Origin: Ginkgo biloba
Taxonomy: Eukaryota; Plantae; Ginkgophyta
Length of the DNA: 26,271 nt
Reading direction: 5' to 3'
NCBI GenBank assembly: GCA_024626585.2
Contig: JANKJI020000002.1
Location: forward strand, 247,889,332-247,915,602
Below the pieces are notes generated by a model that saw nothing but the letters and a program-made list of their open reading frames with translations, did no database searches and was not told the origin of the DNA. Positions 24,201 through 26,271 of this stretch are shown in pieces; the stretch's first letter is position 1, and each line of letters begins with the position of its first letter. Both the position numbers and the translations under genes were made by a program.

Positions 24201-25426
24201 NNNNNNNNNNNNNNNNNCCCTCTTAAAACAAACATGAATCTAGGTGAACTGACTTGTTGGTGGGAAGCCAGTTAATCAAAATTTCTACGGAAAGGAGGTA
24301 AATCTGCCACATACAATCAACTCTGGTATGGTAGATTCTAGAAGAGATGATAACATCAATTTCCTAAATTAAAAGATTCCTCGAATTTTCTTTTGAATCA
24401 GAATGCTACTAGTTTCAATTAAACCACGAATATGAACAAACCTAAGTTCCCTACAAAGCTTCCACATATGGAATGGGTGCCGGAAAATAATAACCATAAA
24501 ACAGCTATGAAAAGGAAAATTTGGAAGGTGAAATGGCATACCCTCAATGCTGGATTAGCATCTGGATGAAATGTTGATAGTGCACTTATTGTACTAACCA
24601 GCATACCCATTGGGTGACCATCATGGGGCATTGCTGCTATAACAGCCTGCAAAAGCCAAAACCAAAAATCCATACTTGGCATCAACTATATACATTACAT
24701 CAATGCTACTCAGTGAACGAAAAATTCAAAAGAAGAATGAATACTAAAAATATGTAGTGATTTAATTAAAAATTATTGTTCACTATAGAGTGAAAAAGTA
24801 ACAAAGAAATAATATTCAATTTGCAGGCAACAATAGTGTCTCAGATTAACACAACAATAGTATGTAGGTCTGACATAATACAATACATACAGATTTGATT
24901 CAGAATTCCACTTAAGTTGTTGGACAAAAGAAAAGGTCAGGTTCAGATTATGATAGAGAAGAAAGGGGAACATACCAAAAGTCCCTCAGGCACTGCTGAG
25001 TGTTGAGAGACTGCAAATTCCCAATCTGTCAGCTGAGTTTCAGAGGGCAGATTCCCATACACTGAAATATACAAAGGAGGTAATTTAATAAGGAACTTAA
25101 AAACAAGCAGTCATTCTTCATTCATTTATAGTGTGTCAAGTTCATAATTTTCGGTCATTGTTACAGAAGTAAACTGTGACAGGATTATCATCCCATTTCA
25201 GCAATCATACCCCAATACAAATACAACAAAGAAAAAAAAGCACTTACGTAAAAGGTAAGCCACCTCAAGGTAGGTGCTTTTCTCAGCCAACTCCTCAATT
25301 GGATAGCCTCTATNNNNNNNNNNNNNNNNNNNNNNNNNNNNNNNNNNNNNNNNNNNNNNNNNNNNNNNNATTCAGATATCCTGGATCATAGAGCTTCAGT
25401 CCTTTGTCTTGGCCTCCGGTGGTTAA
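18077..25426 (-). CDS. CSY: Peroxisomal/glyoxysomal citrate synthase, spliced and partial (5' exon(s) presumably beyond the window; central exons not visible)
   Basis: Six exons in correct order with GT-AG borders and compatible phases: 25426-25248, 25061-24976, 24646-24542, 23251-23189, 18321-18305 (partial) and 18208-18077. They match Arabidopsis CSY2/CSY3-type sequence from recall and contain no internal stops. Confidence 0.95.
18305..18321 (-). CDS. CSY: Citrate synthase penultimate exon, 3' end only: (I)MRPQQ
   Basis: TTATGAGGCCACAACAG|GT, truncated by the 100-N gap. A 96-nt intron separates it from the last exon. Confidence 0.88.
18322..18421. other. Exactly-100-N gap, probably an unknown-size placeholder; others at 1822, 8213, 9807, 11075, 12295 and 17066
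   Basis: Exactly 100 N, cutting through a CSY exon. Confidence 0.9.
18422..18809 (+). promoter_or_regulatory. Putative TNL promoter/5' leader with W-boxes
   Basis: TTGACT at 18546-18551, AGTCAA at 18740-18745 and GACTTTT at ~18636. These motifs are short and could be chance. Confidence 0.35.
18810..19366 (+). pseudogene. TNL exon 1: N-terminal leader plus TIR domain
   Basis: [35 protein letters not shown] (catalytic Glu retained), [10 protein letters not shown]. Donor GA|GTAATA. Confidence 0.92.
19520..20633 (+). pseudogene. TNL exon 2: NB-ARC, with a premature stop near its start
   Basis: PLEVV*HPVGLD, P-loop GMGGSGKTT, kinase-2 [38 protein letters not shown]. Confidence 0.95.
20748..21044 (+). 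pseudogene. TNL exon 3: NB-LRR linker and first LRRs, with an in-frame TAG
   Basis: ..[37 protein letters not shown]|GT. Confidence 0.88.
21160..22278 (+). pseudogene. TNL exon 4: LRR array (open, 373 codons)
   Basis: Starts APLQLREL, with repeated LxxLxLxxCxxLxxLP. Confidence 0.95.
22388..22729 (+). pseudogene. TNL exon 5: post-LRR C-terminal domain, possibly 3'-truncated
   Basis: TTGCAG acceptor. [27 protein letters not shown], then a shift to A-rich sequence. Confidence 0.75.
23189..23251 (-). CDS. CSY: Citrate synthase exon [21 protein letters not shown]
   Basis: TTCACAG acceptor and GTATGT donor. 63 nt. Confidence 0.95.
24542..24646 (-). CDS. CSY: Citrate synthase exon [35 protein letters not shown]
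   Basis: TTGCAG acceptor and GTATG donor. 105 nt; contains the HPM motif. Confidence 0.95.
24976..25061 (-). CDS. CSY: Citrate synthase exon (L)[28 protein letters not shown]
   Basis: TTTCAG acceptor and GTATG donor. 86 nt; phase matches the previous exon (C|TG). Confidence 0.95.
25248..25426 (-). CDS. CSY: Citrate synthase exon [19 protein letters not shown]-[gap][22 protein letters not shown]
   Basis: TCACAG acceptor and GTAAGT donor. The 56-N gap sits where ~58 nt (TAPVRSSICYIDGDEGILR-like) is expected. Confidence 0.93.
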
Positions 25427-26271
25427 CTGTGATAAAAATATCATATTCATTTAACATTATTACAACTAAGGTTCAAATATTCAAGAACACATATTATGTA
25501 GGCAAAATCATAGACAGGGTGGGTTTGATCTAACAGTTTGCAGGTAGGACATGAACAAGCTGTCACAGGTTCAAGCCACATGGAGNNNNNNNNNNNNNNN
25601 NNNNNNNNNNNNNNNNNNNNNNNNNNNNNNNNNNNNNNNNNNNNNNNNNNNNNNNNNNNNNNNNNNNNNNNNCTTTCCAACAAGATTTGTTAACAGGAAA
25701 ACAGGTCAACCACATGATTGGTATCCTAGGAGAAAAGTAACATAGTAGTGTACCTTTTTGTACTGTTGATCATTAGCAAGGGTATCTTCCTTCTATGCCA
25801 AAAGAGTCTGATCTATGATTGGATTGGGCATTAAAGGTTCAAGGTTTCAGCCTCTCAAGGTTTGCAATCTATTTTTACTATTGAAATTATACAATATAAG
25901 GTAGCCCTTATGTATTTTGAAGAAGGACAAGGGTCAGTTCTCACTGGCAGATAAATTAAGGTAAAATGAGACAGGGTCTTTTGCCACTTCACACTGAGTT
26001 GTGTTAGCGATTCTGTTAAGCTTCACTCAAAATAAAATTGACTAAACGGTTCAAATTTTGAGGGTATCTTAAGAAACTGATTTTGCACTGCTATAATTAA
26101 CTTTATAGAATACATGTAATCTAGTTTGTGCACAGATTGCAGCCCTAATAAAGGCTGAGACAGACATTCTAAGCATACAGCAACATGATATAGGCCCGCT
26201 TCACACTCTAACTTTAGCTCTGTTGAAGTAGCTTGCAAAGTTCTTTAAGAAATCATCATGACACAAACAAT

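Noticed and set aside
23621-24275. Long ORFs in the track here, and similar ones at 5903-6295, 8097-8349 and 16240-16575
   Set aside because: Open only because they cross N runs.
25750-25780. Possible CSY upstream exon ending ..YKK|GT
   Set aside because: The translation LANDQQYKK does not match the expected GTVKAxDxKK; that exon is probably beyond the window.

Overview
AT-rich, CpG-depleted plant nuclear DNA, probably gymnosperm (inferred from the TNL N-terminal signature NAFEGIA...YDVFINHRG and the retroelement types). The assembly is gappy, with seven exactly-100-N gaps and several other N runs. Positions 1-16 kb hold decayed transposons: two Ty3/gypsy (Athila/Tat-like) elements, CACTA-like subterminal repeats and two small structured repeat arrays. 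A 93-bp plastid trnA-UGC fragment is inserted in one gag. A decayed BAM/CLV1-type receptor-kinase fragment follows at 16.6-17.1 kb. From 18 kb on, six exons of a peroxisomal citrate synthase (CSY) gene lie on the minus strand; the ORF track shows only one of them clearly. Between two CSY exons, on the plus strand, is a five-exon TIR-NB-ARC-LRR gene that has lost its ATG and carries two in-frame stops but no frameshifts. The CSY exons for the catalytic core are not visible: they are either inside the 100-N gap at 18322-18421 or were displaced by the NLR. All family assignments are from recall, not database searches.
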